A DNA stretch of 14,317 bases from a virus (taxonomy: Duplodnaviria > Heunggongvirae > Uroviricota > Caudoviricetes), in IMG/VR virus record IMGVR_UViG_3300011339_000564, positions 1 through 14,317 of that record, one strand, 5' to 3'. Shown in pieces: positions 1 to 8,285 of this stretch. The notes beneath the pieces are model-generated. The model was not told the DNA's origin. It was given only the letters and a program-made list of their open reading frames with translations, and did not search any database. Position 1 is the stretch's first letter; each line of letters begins with the position of its first letter. Position numbers and translations under genes: made by a program.

Positions 1-2
1 TA

Positions 3-848
3 TCCGGTGCTGGCGAAGAAGTATCAGGCGGTGATTACGAGAATGAAGAAGGTCACGGTGATGAGCATGGTCCTGAAGAAACATGTGAATCATGCGGTGG
101 AATGATGGAAGCTGGTCATTCATGTGAATCAAAAGAAATGGTTGATGAAGTTGAATCAGAAGACCAACAATTATACAATGTAGCTGAAGATAATCCTCCT
201 GATAGTGGTGCTGATAATACTGATACTGATGTTGCAGGTCAAGTAGGTAGTGACAAAGCATTAGCAACAGCGGATGCGGCAGCAGACGAAGAAGAGGCTA
301 AAATATATTCAAGCCCCACTAATGAAGCCGAAGATGAAACAGGTGAAGAAGCCGGTGAGGAAGAAGAACAGAAAGAAAAAATGTCAGAATCAAGTTTCTT
401 TAATCTTTACAAAAAACTAGCAATGTTGTCTGAAGAATCTACTAGTGAGAAAGATGACAAAGCAGAAAGAGCCGCTAAAAAAGTTGCCAAAGATATCGAA
501 TATGATGAAGATCATAAAGGTAAAGATGATGACAAGGCAGAAGAAGCCGGCAAAAAAGTCAAAAAAGACATTGAGTATGATGATAAGAAAGACAAAAAAG
601 AAAAGATTGACGAGTGGGCTAACGAAGCCGGTAAAAACGGCACCGACGCATCATTTGAAGCTGACATTGACTTTATGATGAACATCATCAGTGGTGGTTT
701 GAACAAGCGTAAGCAAACTGGTCAAACAACTATCCCTGTTCTTGGTACTCAAATGAATCGTATGGTATCTCACAGTACAACAGACATTAACGAATCAAAA
801 ATGTTGAATGAATCAGTTAATGACTGGAAAAAACTAGCAGGTATTTAA
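3..848 (+). CDS. Acidic putative head/prohead-core-like protein, 5'-truncated by the window edge
   Basis: The frame of ORF 102..848 is open back to base 3 (SGAGEEVSGGDYENEEGHGDEHGPEETCESCGG-MMEAG...), so the real start lies upstream of the window. Very D/E-rich, with a CxxC-x7-HxC motif, a 25-aa tandem duplication and the C-terminus INESKMLNESVNDWKKLAGI. The head role is inference from composition and I/L-N-E motifs. Confidence 0.6.
   Translation, partial: SGAGEEVSGGDYENEEGHGDEHGPEETCESCGGMMEAGHSCESKEMVDEVESEDQQLYNVAEDNPPDSGADNTDTDVAGQVGSDKALATADAAADEEEAKIYSSPTNEAEDETGEEAGEEEEQKEKMSESSFFNLYKKLAMLSEESTSEKDDKAERAAKKVAKDIEYDEDHKGKDDDKAEEAGKKVKKDIEYDDKKDKKEKIDEWANEAGKNGTDASFEADIDFMMNIISGGLNKRKQTGQTTIPVLGTQMNRMVSHSTTDINESKMLNESVNDWKKLAGI
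453..584 (+). repeat. In-frame tandem duplication with a 75-nt period (DDKAERAAKKVAKDIEYDE / DDKAEEAGKKVKKDIEYDD)
   Basis: Copies start at 453 and 528; similarity is visible in both protein and DNA. Confidence 0.9.
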
Positions 849-864
849 TACTAGCTAATATAAG

Positions 865-892
865 ATACCCGGCAATAGTCGGGTATTTTTTT
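865..892 (+). terminator. Rho-independent terminator
   Basis: Stem ATACCCGGC (865-873), loop AATA, stem GTCGGGTAT (878-886, one G-U pair), then a T run to 892; 16 nt after the stop at 848. Confidence 0.9.
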
Positions 893-914
893 GGGCTAAC
901 GATTCTTAAAAAAC

Positions 915-922
915 GATAAATA
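915..922 (+). promoter_or_regulatory. Putative T4-type late promoter box GATAAATA
   Basis: Matches the T4 late consensus TATAAATA at 7/8. Lies just after the terminator and 22 nt before the ATG at 945. Confidence 0.65.
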
Positions 923-944
923 CTTTATAACTAGGTAGATAACT

Positions 945-3900
945 ATGGCTCAACAAAATATAGACTTTGGTAGCTTTCCCGATGATCCGTCGGCAGATGC
1001 TATACGAACGGCTTTTACAAAAGTACAAGATAACTTTAATCAACTATTTGGTACTAATGCAAATTCAACAGTAACTTCAATTAACAGAACACCCGGAGCA
1101 GGTGTTACTGTTAATTATCCTACAGGTAATGTTGTAATTTCAGCAAACATTGCATGTTTACAAGTATCAACTACATCATTAAAAGTAGGTCGAGGATCAG
1201 ATAATACACAAAGTAATGTAACAATTACAAGTTCTTCACAGCAATTAAACATCGATATTGATCCAGCAAATGTCTTTTCTGCTAATTTTGGCGCGCCAGG
1301 ATTAGGCTTAGCAAATTTCAATGGTACATTAACAGCTAATTCTTTTTATCAACCAAATATTAACGCATTAGGAATACTTTCTTCTTTGGATGTTTCTGGA
1401 AATGCTAATTTTACCGGTAATTCTTCATTTACTAGTAATGCTACTTTTAGTGGCACTAATGTTAATGTTTCAGGTGCATCCAATGTAAATCTTGGATCGA
1501 TTAGTAATATTCATATTAGTGGTGGAACAGTAGGATATTATTTACAAACAAATGGTCTTGGTAATCTAATATGGGGCCCAGGCGGTGGTGGTAATGGCGG
1601 CGGGTCACCAGGGGGAATTAACACACTTGTTCAATTTAATGATGCTGGATCATTTGGTGCTAATCTAGGTTTTTCATTTGATAAAGTAACTGGCATTTTA
1701 TCTACGCCGGGATTAACTGTTGCAAATCTAGCAACAGTTGGAAATATAACTGGAATCTTTGCAAACGGAAACAGTAATGTTAGTATTCCTGTTGTTGACG
1801 GAAATGTTAATATTAGTGCAGCCGGGAATGCAAATGTTTTTGTTATTACTGGTGCGGGAGCAAACCTAATAGGAAATCTTACTACTGGAAATGCTGACTT
1901 AGGAAATTTAGTAACAGTTAATTATATAACGGGAACACTAACTACCAATGCTCAACCTAACATCACTAGTGTTGGTACACTAGTTAATTTATCTGTTACT
2001 GGAAATATAACTGCAAGTAATGTATATGCAAACAGTGGAACCATCGGTGCAAGTTTATTAATTGGTACATTAACTACAAACGCACAACCAAATATAACTT
2101 CAGTTGGTACATTAACATCACTAGCAGTAACAGGTAATGCAAATGTTGGTAATTTAAATGTTGCAAACAACACAATCATTGCTGGTAACCTATCAGTATT
2201 AGGTAACGCAACTTATGTTAATATTGAATCACTAGTAATTGAAGATCCTATTATTTCGTTGGGTGGCGGTCCCAACGGAGATCCATTAACAACTAATGAT
2301 GGTAAAGATAGAGGTACAGCATTACAATATTATACTACTATACCTGTTACTGCATTTATGGGATGGGACAATAGTAACAGTGAATTTGGATTCGGCAGCA
2401 ACGTTACTATATCTAGTGAAGTTGTTACGTTTACTAACTATGGCAATGTACGTGCTAGCTATTTTATAGGTGCTAATACACAATTTGGTAATGCTAATTT
2501 GGGCAACACTGCAACTGCTAATTTCTTTGTTGGTACATTTTATGGTGTTGCTAATTCAGCAACAACAGCCGGTACAGTAACTACGGCGGCACAACCTAAC
2601 ATTACAAGTGTTGGTACATTAACAAGTTTAGCAGTTACAGGAAATACTACATCAGGTAATTTTGTAGGTACATTAGCAAACGGCAATAGTAATATTTCTA
2701 TTACAGCCGATAGTAATATTAATCTTACTTCTACTGGTAATACGACAGTAGTAGTTACAGGTACAGGCATCAATGCAAATGGCACAGGTAACTTTAGTGG
2801 TAATTTGTCGGCAGCTAATATATTAGGACCATTAGCTAATGGAAATAGTAATATAAATATCCCAACAGCTAATGGCAATATTAATTTCTCTGCTGTGGGC
2901 AATGCAAACATTGTTATCGTTAGTGGCACCGGTGCAAACATCACCGGTACATTGGGTACTACAGGCAATGCATCTGTTCTTGGTATCAAAACAGATAATT
3001 ATTATTATGCTAACGGCACACCAATTAGTTTCGCAGGTACGTATGGTAATAGTAACGTTGCTACATTCTTAGCAAGCTATGGTAGTAACACAATTACAAC
3101 TACAGGTAATGTGAGTGTTGGTAACATTATAGGCAATGGTCAAGCATTGACTGGTCTTGTCGGCGCCAATGTAACCGGTACTGTGGCTAATGCAACATTT
3201 GCAACTACAGCAGGTACAGTAACAACCGCGGCACAAGGTAACATTACAAGTGTTGGCACATTAACTGGTTTAGGAGTTAATGGCACCATTACTGGTGTAA
3301 ACATTACTGCTAATACGGGTGTGTTTACAGGTAACGCTAGTGGCTTATCAGTATTGAACGCAAGTAACGTATCTAGTGGTACGTTAGCCCAAGCACGATT
3401 AGCTAATGCCGCAGTAACACTAGGTAGTACTGCACTAACATTAGGTAGTACTGTTACTACTGTAGCCGGTCTAACTAGCGTAACATCAACAACATTTGTT
3501 GGTGCATTGACAGGTGCGGCATCAAGTGCTACTACTGCAGGTACTGTAACAACAAATGCACAACCTAACGTTACAAGTGTTGGTACATTAACATCAGTGA
3601 GTTCTAGTGGTAATATAACTGGTGCAAACGTTATTGCAAACTCATATAACATTCGTTCGGTAGCTACTAGTATTAGTGCTAATGGTATTAGTCAAGGTAC
3701 CGCTACTGTGCTTGCAAAAGAATTCAATATTGTTTCTACTGTATCGGCCGGTCAAGGTGTTGTATTACCAACAGCAGTCGCTGGCATGTGTATAATAATT
3801 ACAAACTCAAGTGCAACTAATCTTGCAGTTTATCCCGCATCCGGTGCCGCAATTAATTCATTGGCAGCTAATGCCGCATTGACACACGGAGCAGGGGCAA

Positions 3901-3962
3901 CACTACAGTATATTGCTCCCACAACAACTCAATGGTATACGGTAGGTGCAACATATGCTTAA
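945..3962 (+). CDS. Long tail fibre / baseplate-anchored fibre protein (1005 aa)
   Basis: The N-terminus MAQQNIDFGSFPDDPSADAIRTAFTKVQDNFNQLF resembles the T4 gp9/gp10-type N-terminal motif (I-x-x-G...DD...D-x-[LI]-R...K-[IV]-N/Q-x-N-F-x-x-L). The body is N/T/G/A/S/V-rich with AQPNITSVGTL repeats. The C-terminal segment looks like a beta-sandwich (VVLPTAVAGMCIIITN...VYPASGAAIN). Confidence 0.75.
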   Translation: MAQQNIDFGSFPDDPSADAIRTAFTKVQDNFNQLFGTNANSTVTSINRTPGAGVTVNYPTGNVVISANIACLQVSTTSLKVGRGSDNTQSNVTITSSSQQLNIDIDPANVFSANFGAPGLGLANFNGTLTANSFYQPNINALGILSSLDVSGNANFTGNSSFTSNATFSGTNVNVSGASNVNLGSISNIHISGGTVGYYLQTNGLGNLIWGPGGGGNGGGSPGGINTLVQFNDAGSFGANLGFSFDKVTGILSTPGLTVANLATVGNITGIFANGNSNVSIPVVDGNVNISAAGNANVFVITGAGANLIGNLTTGNADLGNLVTVNYITGTLTTNAQPNITSVGTLVNLSVTGNITASNVYANSGTIGASLLIGTLTTNAQPNITSVGTLTSLAVTGNANVGNLNVANNTIIAGNLSVLGNATYVNIESLVIEDPIISLGGGPNGDPLTTNDGKDRGTALQYYTTIPVTAFMGWDNSNSEFGFGSNVTISSEVVTFTNYGNVRASYFIGANTQFGNANLGNTATANFFVGTFYGVANSATTAGTVTTAAQPNITSVGTLTSLAVTGNTTSGNFVGTLANGNSNISITADSNINLTSTGNTTVVVTGTGINANGTGNFSGNLSAANILGPLANGNSNINIPTANGNINFSAVGNANIVIVSGTGANITGTLGTTGNASVLGIKTDNYYYANGTPISFAGTYGNSNVATFLASYGSNTITTTGNVSVGNIIGNGQALTGLVGANVTGTVANATFATTAGTVTTAAQGNITSVGTLTGLGVNGTITGVNITANTGVFTGNASGLSVLNASNVSSGTLAQARLANAAVTLGSTALTLGSTVTTVAGLTSVTSTTFVGALTGAASSATTAGTVTTNAQPNVTSVGTLTSVSSSGNITGANVIANSYNIRSVATSISANGISQGTATVLAKEFNIVSTVSAGQGVVLPTAVAGMCIIITNSSATNLAVYPASGAAINSLAANAALTHGAGATLQYIAPTTTQWYTVGATYA
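1932..3617 (+). repeat. Dispersed ~26-aa repeats GT[LV]TT[NA]AQ[PG]N[IV]TSVGTL in the fibre, plus three ANGNSN[IV]-type repeats
   Basis: Clear copies begin at 1932, 2064, 2571, 3213 and 3540, with a degenerate copy (GTLTANSFYQPNINALGIL) near 1325. ANGNSN[IV][SN]I blocks occur near 1760, 2675 and 2835. Confidence 0.9.
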
Positions 3963-4024
3963 GGAATATATAGTATCATTAATTGCAACTGGTGCAATTG
4001 AGATGAATAACACTACAATAACTA

Positions 4025-4032
4025 CATAAATA
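4025..4032 (+). promoter_or_regulatory. Putative late promoter box CATAAATA
   Basis: ATAAATA at 4026-4032 ends 9 nt before the ATG at 4042 and overlaps an AGGA SD-like element. Confidence 0.55.
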
Positions 4033-4041
4033 GGAATAATA

Positions 4042-4665
4042 ATGGTAACAATAGAATTATTAACATCAATGTGTCCAAAGACAAAACGCTCTATATTAGA
4101 GGGTTTTGTTGAACCATTAAACACAGTAGCAGAATATTATGAGATGTTTGAGAACCCACGTAGAGTCGCAGGTTTTTTAGCACAGATAGCACACGAAAGC
4201 GGTGGCTTCAATGCTGTTGTTGAAAACTTAAATTATAGTGCTAAAGGCTTGATGGGTACATTTAAGAAATACTTTCCAACAGAAGATTTAGCAAAGCGAT
4301 ATGAACGCAAGCCAGAGATGATTGCTAATCGTGTATATGCTAATCGTATGAAGAATGGTGATGAGAATAGTGGCGATGGCTTTAGATTTAGAGGTCGTGG
4401 ATTAATTCAATTGACCGGTCGTGATAACTATACACGATTTGCAGAAGCATTGGATATGAGTATTGAAGATACAGTAAGATATTTAGAAACACCAAACGGT
4501 GCTGTTGCAAGTGCTGGTTGGTTCTGGGATAACAATAAACTAAATCAGTTCTGTGATAAAGATGATTTCATTACATTAACAAAACGTATCAATGGTGGAA
4601 CAATTGGGTTAGAAGATAGAAAGCATCACTATCACTTAGCACTACAACATTTAGGCGCACATTAA
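4042..4665 (+). CDS. Glycoside hydrolase family 19 (chitinase-class) lysin / peptidoglycan hydrolase
   Basis: Typical phage GH19 motifs: FLAQIAHESGGF (catalytic Glu), ENLNYS, GDGFRFRGRGLIQLTGRDNY, SAGWFW, TKRINGGTIGLEDR. Confidence 0.93.
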   Translation: MVTIELLTSMCPKTKRSILEGFVEPLNTVAEYYEMFENPRRVAGFLAQIAHESGGFNAVVENLNYSAKGLMGTFKKYFPTEDLAKRYERKPEMIANRVYANRMKNGDENSGDGFRFRGRGLIQLTGRDNYTRFAEALDMSIEDTVRYLETPNGAVASAGWFWDNNKLNQFCDKDDFITLTKRINGGTIGLEDRKHHYHLALQHLGAH

Positions 4666-4666
4666 T

Positions 4667-7177
4667 ATGGCACAACCAGTATGGAATACCCCGGCAGGTT
4701 CTATTGGAACATTTCCTTATGGTGTAGTTTCAGTATTTCAATTATCTGCATCACCTGTATTACCTGCAACTAACATTGTTAGTTATGTTTTGTTAGCAGG
4801 TACCCTACCTATCGGAATGACATTAAACACTACAACCGGAATAATTAGTGGCATACCTGTACTTGTTATAATTGAAACTATTAGTTCTTTTACGATTAGA
4901 GCAACTGATAATGATGGTAATATACGTGATAGAACTTTTACAATGACTATTATAGGTACGGCTGTACCACAATTTACCACTCCATCAGGTGTATTACTCA
5001 GCACCCAAGATAGTATATGGACACAACTTAGTATACAATATACAAATCCTGATCCAACAAATGAAGTAATAGTAGAATTACAAGAAGGTTTATTACCACC
5101 AGGACTTGAACTATCTACTGCAGGTCTAATCCAAGGATATCCTGAGCCACCTACAGTTAACGTAACATTACCATTAATAACAACGGTTGGATTCTCAACT
5201 GATGCATCTACTAATTATATTTACGTTTTATCAACTAATGGATTTACAGTAGGAAGATCAGTTACTTTTTCTACACCCATTGGTGGCATAGCTGCCGGAA
5301 CAACATATTATGTTAAAGAAATTGATAATAATTTGTCCGCATTTACCATATCAACTACTCAAAATGGTGGAACTTTTCCAGTTTCAACTGCTACTGGTGG
5401 AATGTCAATTTCACTACCACCAGTATCATCGGGTCAACCTGCAATTAGAACATATAATTTTGTATTAAGATTAGTAAGCCCATTGGGAGGTAATATTAGT
5501 TCATATTCTATTACTGTTATTAATCAGCAAACTCCCACAAATCAGGGTGGTCCTGGTCGACCACCCAATAATCGTAGACCCACATTGTTGAATACAAGAC
5601 CTCTCACTATAGATATAAGTGACACTGATCCGTATTATGGTTATTATTTATTACCGCCAGTAGAACCAACTTCATTTGCTCAAATAGGTACAATATCTAG
5701 TGATGATTTTTTTGCATTCAAAATGTTAGGATATGATTTTGATGGTAACCCGTTGAAATATCAGTTTTCTCCTTTACCTTTGCCACTAGGATTAGTCGGC
5801 GATGAGGATACTGGATGGATTACGGGCACTCCTGAATTAGCTACATCGGGCATTAATAGTTTTACATTTAGTGTAAGAGCATATAAGGCAGATAGACCAA
5901 ACGATCCAAACGTATCTACTACACCGTTTAATTTTACATTTAATGTAAGTAAAGATGTTACTGGTAATATTGAATGGATTACCCCAGCAGATTTGGGATT
6001 AATATACAATGAAGTTATCAGTACATTAAAAGTCAATGCAGTATCAGATGTACCCCTAGAGTATAGAGTAACCTCTGGGTCATTGCCTCCTAACTTAGTG
6101 TTATTAAGTAATGGTGAGATAACCGGATTCGTTGCTACTCAACCAACTGACCAGTTTTTAGATATAGGTGAAAGTACAGAATTTACATTCACAATTCAAG
6201 CATTCTCGCCTGAATTTGCTACAGTTCAAACAAGTAGAACTTTTACTCTTACTGTATATCAAGAGTTTGGTCAACCTACAGACATTCTTTATATTAAGGC
6301 GGCACCAAGTATACAAGATAGAAATATCATAGAGACATTATTACTTGATGAAACATTAATACCAACTGAATCATTATATAGACCTAATGACATATATTTT
6401 GGTAAAGCAACAAATGTTACATATGAACATGCGTATGGTATATACGCCAGTGATATTCAACAATATATTGCCGCAGTAACACGAAATCATTATTGGAGAA
6501 ATATTACTTTAGGTGAATTAAAAACTGCTGTAGCAAAAAATGATGCAGGTGAAATAATTTATGAAGTAGTATATAGTGAAGTCATTGATAATCTGGTAAA
6601 TCCTTCTGGAGTAAGTGTTCCGATAAGAATTAATTGGCCAAGACCAATTAACTTAAACTTAGGTCCATGGTATACAAGTGTAACTGATATATTTACAAGT
6701 TATATATTTGGAGAAGATACTGTATCAGGTACTAAAGAGTTTTATACAAGTTTATCACCGGGATTTGCACGACTGTTGTATCCAAATAGTTTGTATAACA
6801 TGCGTACACGTGTAGCACAAGAATTAGGACAAGAATATAACAGTAAACTATTACCATTATGGATGACAAGTCAACAGGAAAATGGAAGTACCTTAGGTTA
6901 CACTCAAGCGTGGGTAATATGTTATACTAAACCAGGATTTGCCAACGCAATTAAAGATAATATTGATGCACAGTGGCCATATACGTTGAATCAAATTAAT
7001 TTTAGAATTGATAGATTTAGTGTAGATAAGAGTGCAACATATGATTATGACAACAACTTAACTCCACCAGCTTGGACTGGATTACCTAGTGCTCAACCTG
7101 TGCCCGATCCATTAGACAGTAAAGATTTTTATGTGTTATTCCCTAGACAAACAATTTTACCGGATGAAACACAGTAA
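4667..7177 (+). CDS. Virion structural protein with multiple putative Ig-like (He_PIG/cadherin-like) repeats; probable baseplate/tail component (836 aa)
   Basis: Four repeats of the type G-x-LP-x-G-[ML]-x-L...G-x-I-x-G-x-P: AGTLPIGMTLNTTTGIISGIP, EGLLPPGLELSTAGLIQGYP, LPLPLGLVGDEDTGWITGTP, SGSLPPNLVLLSNGEITGF. Three are preceded by W/F-x-T-P; FTIRA/FTIQA strands follow. Starts 1 nt after the GH19 stop. Confidence 0.75.
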   Translation: MAQPVWNTPAGSIGTFPYGVVSVFQLSASPVLPATNIVSYVLLAGTLPIGMTLNTTTGIISGIPVLVIIETISSFTIRATDNDGNIRDRTFTMTIIGTAVPQFTTPSGVLLSTQDSIWTQLSIQYTNPDPTNEVIVELQEGLLPPGLELSTAGLIQGYPEPPTVNVTLPLITTVGFSTDASTNYIYVLSTNGFTVGRSVTFSTPIGGIAAGTTYYVKEIDNNLSAFTISTTQNGGTFPVSTATGGMSISLPPVSSGQPAIRTYNFVLRLVSPLGGNISSYSITVINQQTPTNQGGPGRPPNNRRPTLLNTRPLTIDISDTDPYYGYYLLPPVEPTSFAQIGTISSDDFFAFKMLGYDFDGNPLKYQFSPLPLPLGLVGDEDTGWITGTPELATSGINSFTFSVRAYKADRPNDPNVSTTPFNFTFNVSKDVTGNIEWITPADLGLIYNEVISTLKVNAVSDVPLEYRVTSGSLPPNLVLLSNGEITGFVATQPTDQFLDIGESTEFTFTIQAFSPEFATVQTSRTFTLTVYQEFGQPTDILYIKAAPSIQDRNIIETLLLDETLIPTESLYRPNDIYFGKATNVTYEHAYGIYASDIQQYIAAVTRNHYWRNITLGELKTAVAKNDAGEIIYEVVYSEVIDNLVNPSGVSVPIRINWPRPINLNLGPWYTSVTDIFTSYIFGEDTVSGTKEFYTSLSPGFARLLYPNSLYNMRTRVAQELGQEYNSKLLPLWMTSQQENGSTLGYTQAWVICYTKPGFANAIKDNIDAQWPYTLNQINFRIDRFSVDKSATYDYDNNLTPPAWTGLPSAQPVPDPLDSKDFYVLFPRQTILPDETQ

Positions 7178-7183
7178 TAAATA
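7176..7183 (+). promoter_or_regulatory. Putative late promoter box AATAAATA overlapping the upstream stop codon
   Basis: TAA (7175-7177) runs into ATAAATA (7177-7183), 19 nt before the ATG at 7203. Confidence 0.55.
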
Positions 7184-7202
7184 CATATAACGGAATAAAA
7201 TA

Positions 7203-8273
7203 ATGAGCACAATTAACACCAACCCAATCAATGTAAACTACCCTGTACCAGGAGTTAATAATAACTCTCAGGGTTTTAGAGATAACTTTGCCTCTATCGT
7301 TACTAATTTGGACATTGCGGCGACTGAGTTAACTGACCTACAGAATAAAGTTGTAGTTAAACAGGCATTAACTGGAACAGTTGTAAACAATGATATGGCT
7401 AATACTCTTATCAGTAATGCAAGCACACGCGGTTTTAGAGCAACTACTTATAATTTAGGTAACGCATTAGCCGGTACTGTATTGGTTAATGCTTCACTAG
7501 CAGATGTACATTATGGAACAGTAGCCGCTAATACTACAATCAATTTTGGTAGCTGGCCTCCTACTGGTACACAAAGTAATATTCAAGTTAGACTAAGTGT
7601 ATCCAATGCTACCGCAGTTATTACTTTCTCGGGTAATGTAATAGCAAGTAACAATACTGGTGCAACAACACTAGAGAATTACGTATCTAATAGTGGACTA
7701 GTAACAGTTACAGCACCATATGGTGTTAGTGAAATGGACTATATTATTAGTACAACAGATTGCGGAAACACGTTGTATATTGAACCAATCAATAGACCTA
7801 GACAGTCAACTCAGATTCAACAACGCACACCAACACCAACTGGATATCAAGGTGATGTTGCCGGAGAGGTAGCAGTAGATGCAAATTATGCTTATGTATG
7901 TACAGGGTCATATAATTCTTCAGCTACTACAGTATCAATTGCACCAGCTGGTAATACGGTCGCAACTGGTAACGTAATTAATTTTAATGCTACTCATGGT
8001 TTAACCAGTCCAACTAATTTAAATGTTCCAATTATATTTTCTGGGAATGCATTTACTGCAAATGCATTTGGTGGATTAACTGCAGGTGCAATATATTACG
8101 TAAAAACTATACCATCAAGTACATCTATAACTGTTAGCGCAACTAGAACTTCAGGTACAGCAGGTTCTCCGGTAGCACTAACTTCAGCTACCCCTGCGGC
8201 AAATACTACACTATCCGGAACATATTATATCGGTTCGGACATCTGGAAAAGAATCGCACTTACTTCTTGGTAA
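7203..8273 (+). CDS. Tail fibre / baseplate-associated structural protein (356 aa)
   Basis: N-terminal INVNYPVPGVNNNSQGFRDNFASIVTNL is a coiled anchor-type motif. The C-terminal GYQGDVAGEVAVDANYAYVC...IWKRIALTSW is a fibre-tip-type motif. T/N/A/G-rich. Confidence 0.65.
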   Translation: MSTINTNPINVNYPVPGVNNNSQGFRDNFASIVTNLDIAATELTDLQNKVVVKQALTGTVVNNDMANTLISNASTRGFRATTYNLGNALAGTVLVNASLADVHYGTVAANTTINFGSWPPTGTQSNIQVRLSVSNATAVITFSGNVIASNNTGATTLENYVSNSGLVTVTAPYGVSEMDYIISTTDCGNTLYIEPINRPRQSTQIQQRTPTPTGYQGDVAGEVAVDANYAYVCTGSYNSSATTVSIAPAGNTVATGNVINFNATHGLTSPTNLNVPIIFSGNAFTANAFGGLTAGAIYYVKTIPSSTSITVSATRTSGTAGSPVALTSATPAANTTLSGTYYIGSDIWKRIALTSW

Positions 8274-8279
8274 TAAATA
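8272..8279 (+). promoter_or_regulatory. Putative late promoter box AATAAATA overlapping the upstream stop codon
   Basis: TAA (8271-8273) runs into ATAAATA (8273-8279), 6 nt before the ATG at 8286. Confidence 0.55.
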
Positions 8280-8285
8280 TCTAGG

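Noticed and set aside
445-706. Overlapping ORFs 445..678 (+) and 512..706 (-)
   Set aside because: Alternate-frame readings of the GAA/GAT/AAA-rich coding sequence.
2852-2859. Perfect TATAAATA inside the fibre gene
   Set aside because: It encodes N-I-N-I within a repeat, is more than 1 kb from any start, and is expected by chance at this AT content.
1932-3617. Repeats as a CRISPR array or a diversity-generating retroelement template/variable pair
   Set aside because: The repeats are in frame, differ mainly at synonymous sites and are irregularly spaced. Differences are not adenine-specific, and there is no reverse transcriptase or cas gene in the window.
1115-3652. Minus-strand ORFs 1115..1321, 1952..2179, 2540..2989 and 3140..3652, and + frame ORF 2872..3072
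   Set aside because: Shadows of the biased, repetitive codons of the fibre gene (antisense V/P/L/T-rich text mirrors the repeats). No SD and no recognisable motifs.
3903-6036. Minus-strand ORFs 3903..4124, 4783..5004 and 5761..6036
   Set aside because: Antisense to well-supported genes, with no independent signals.
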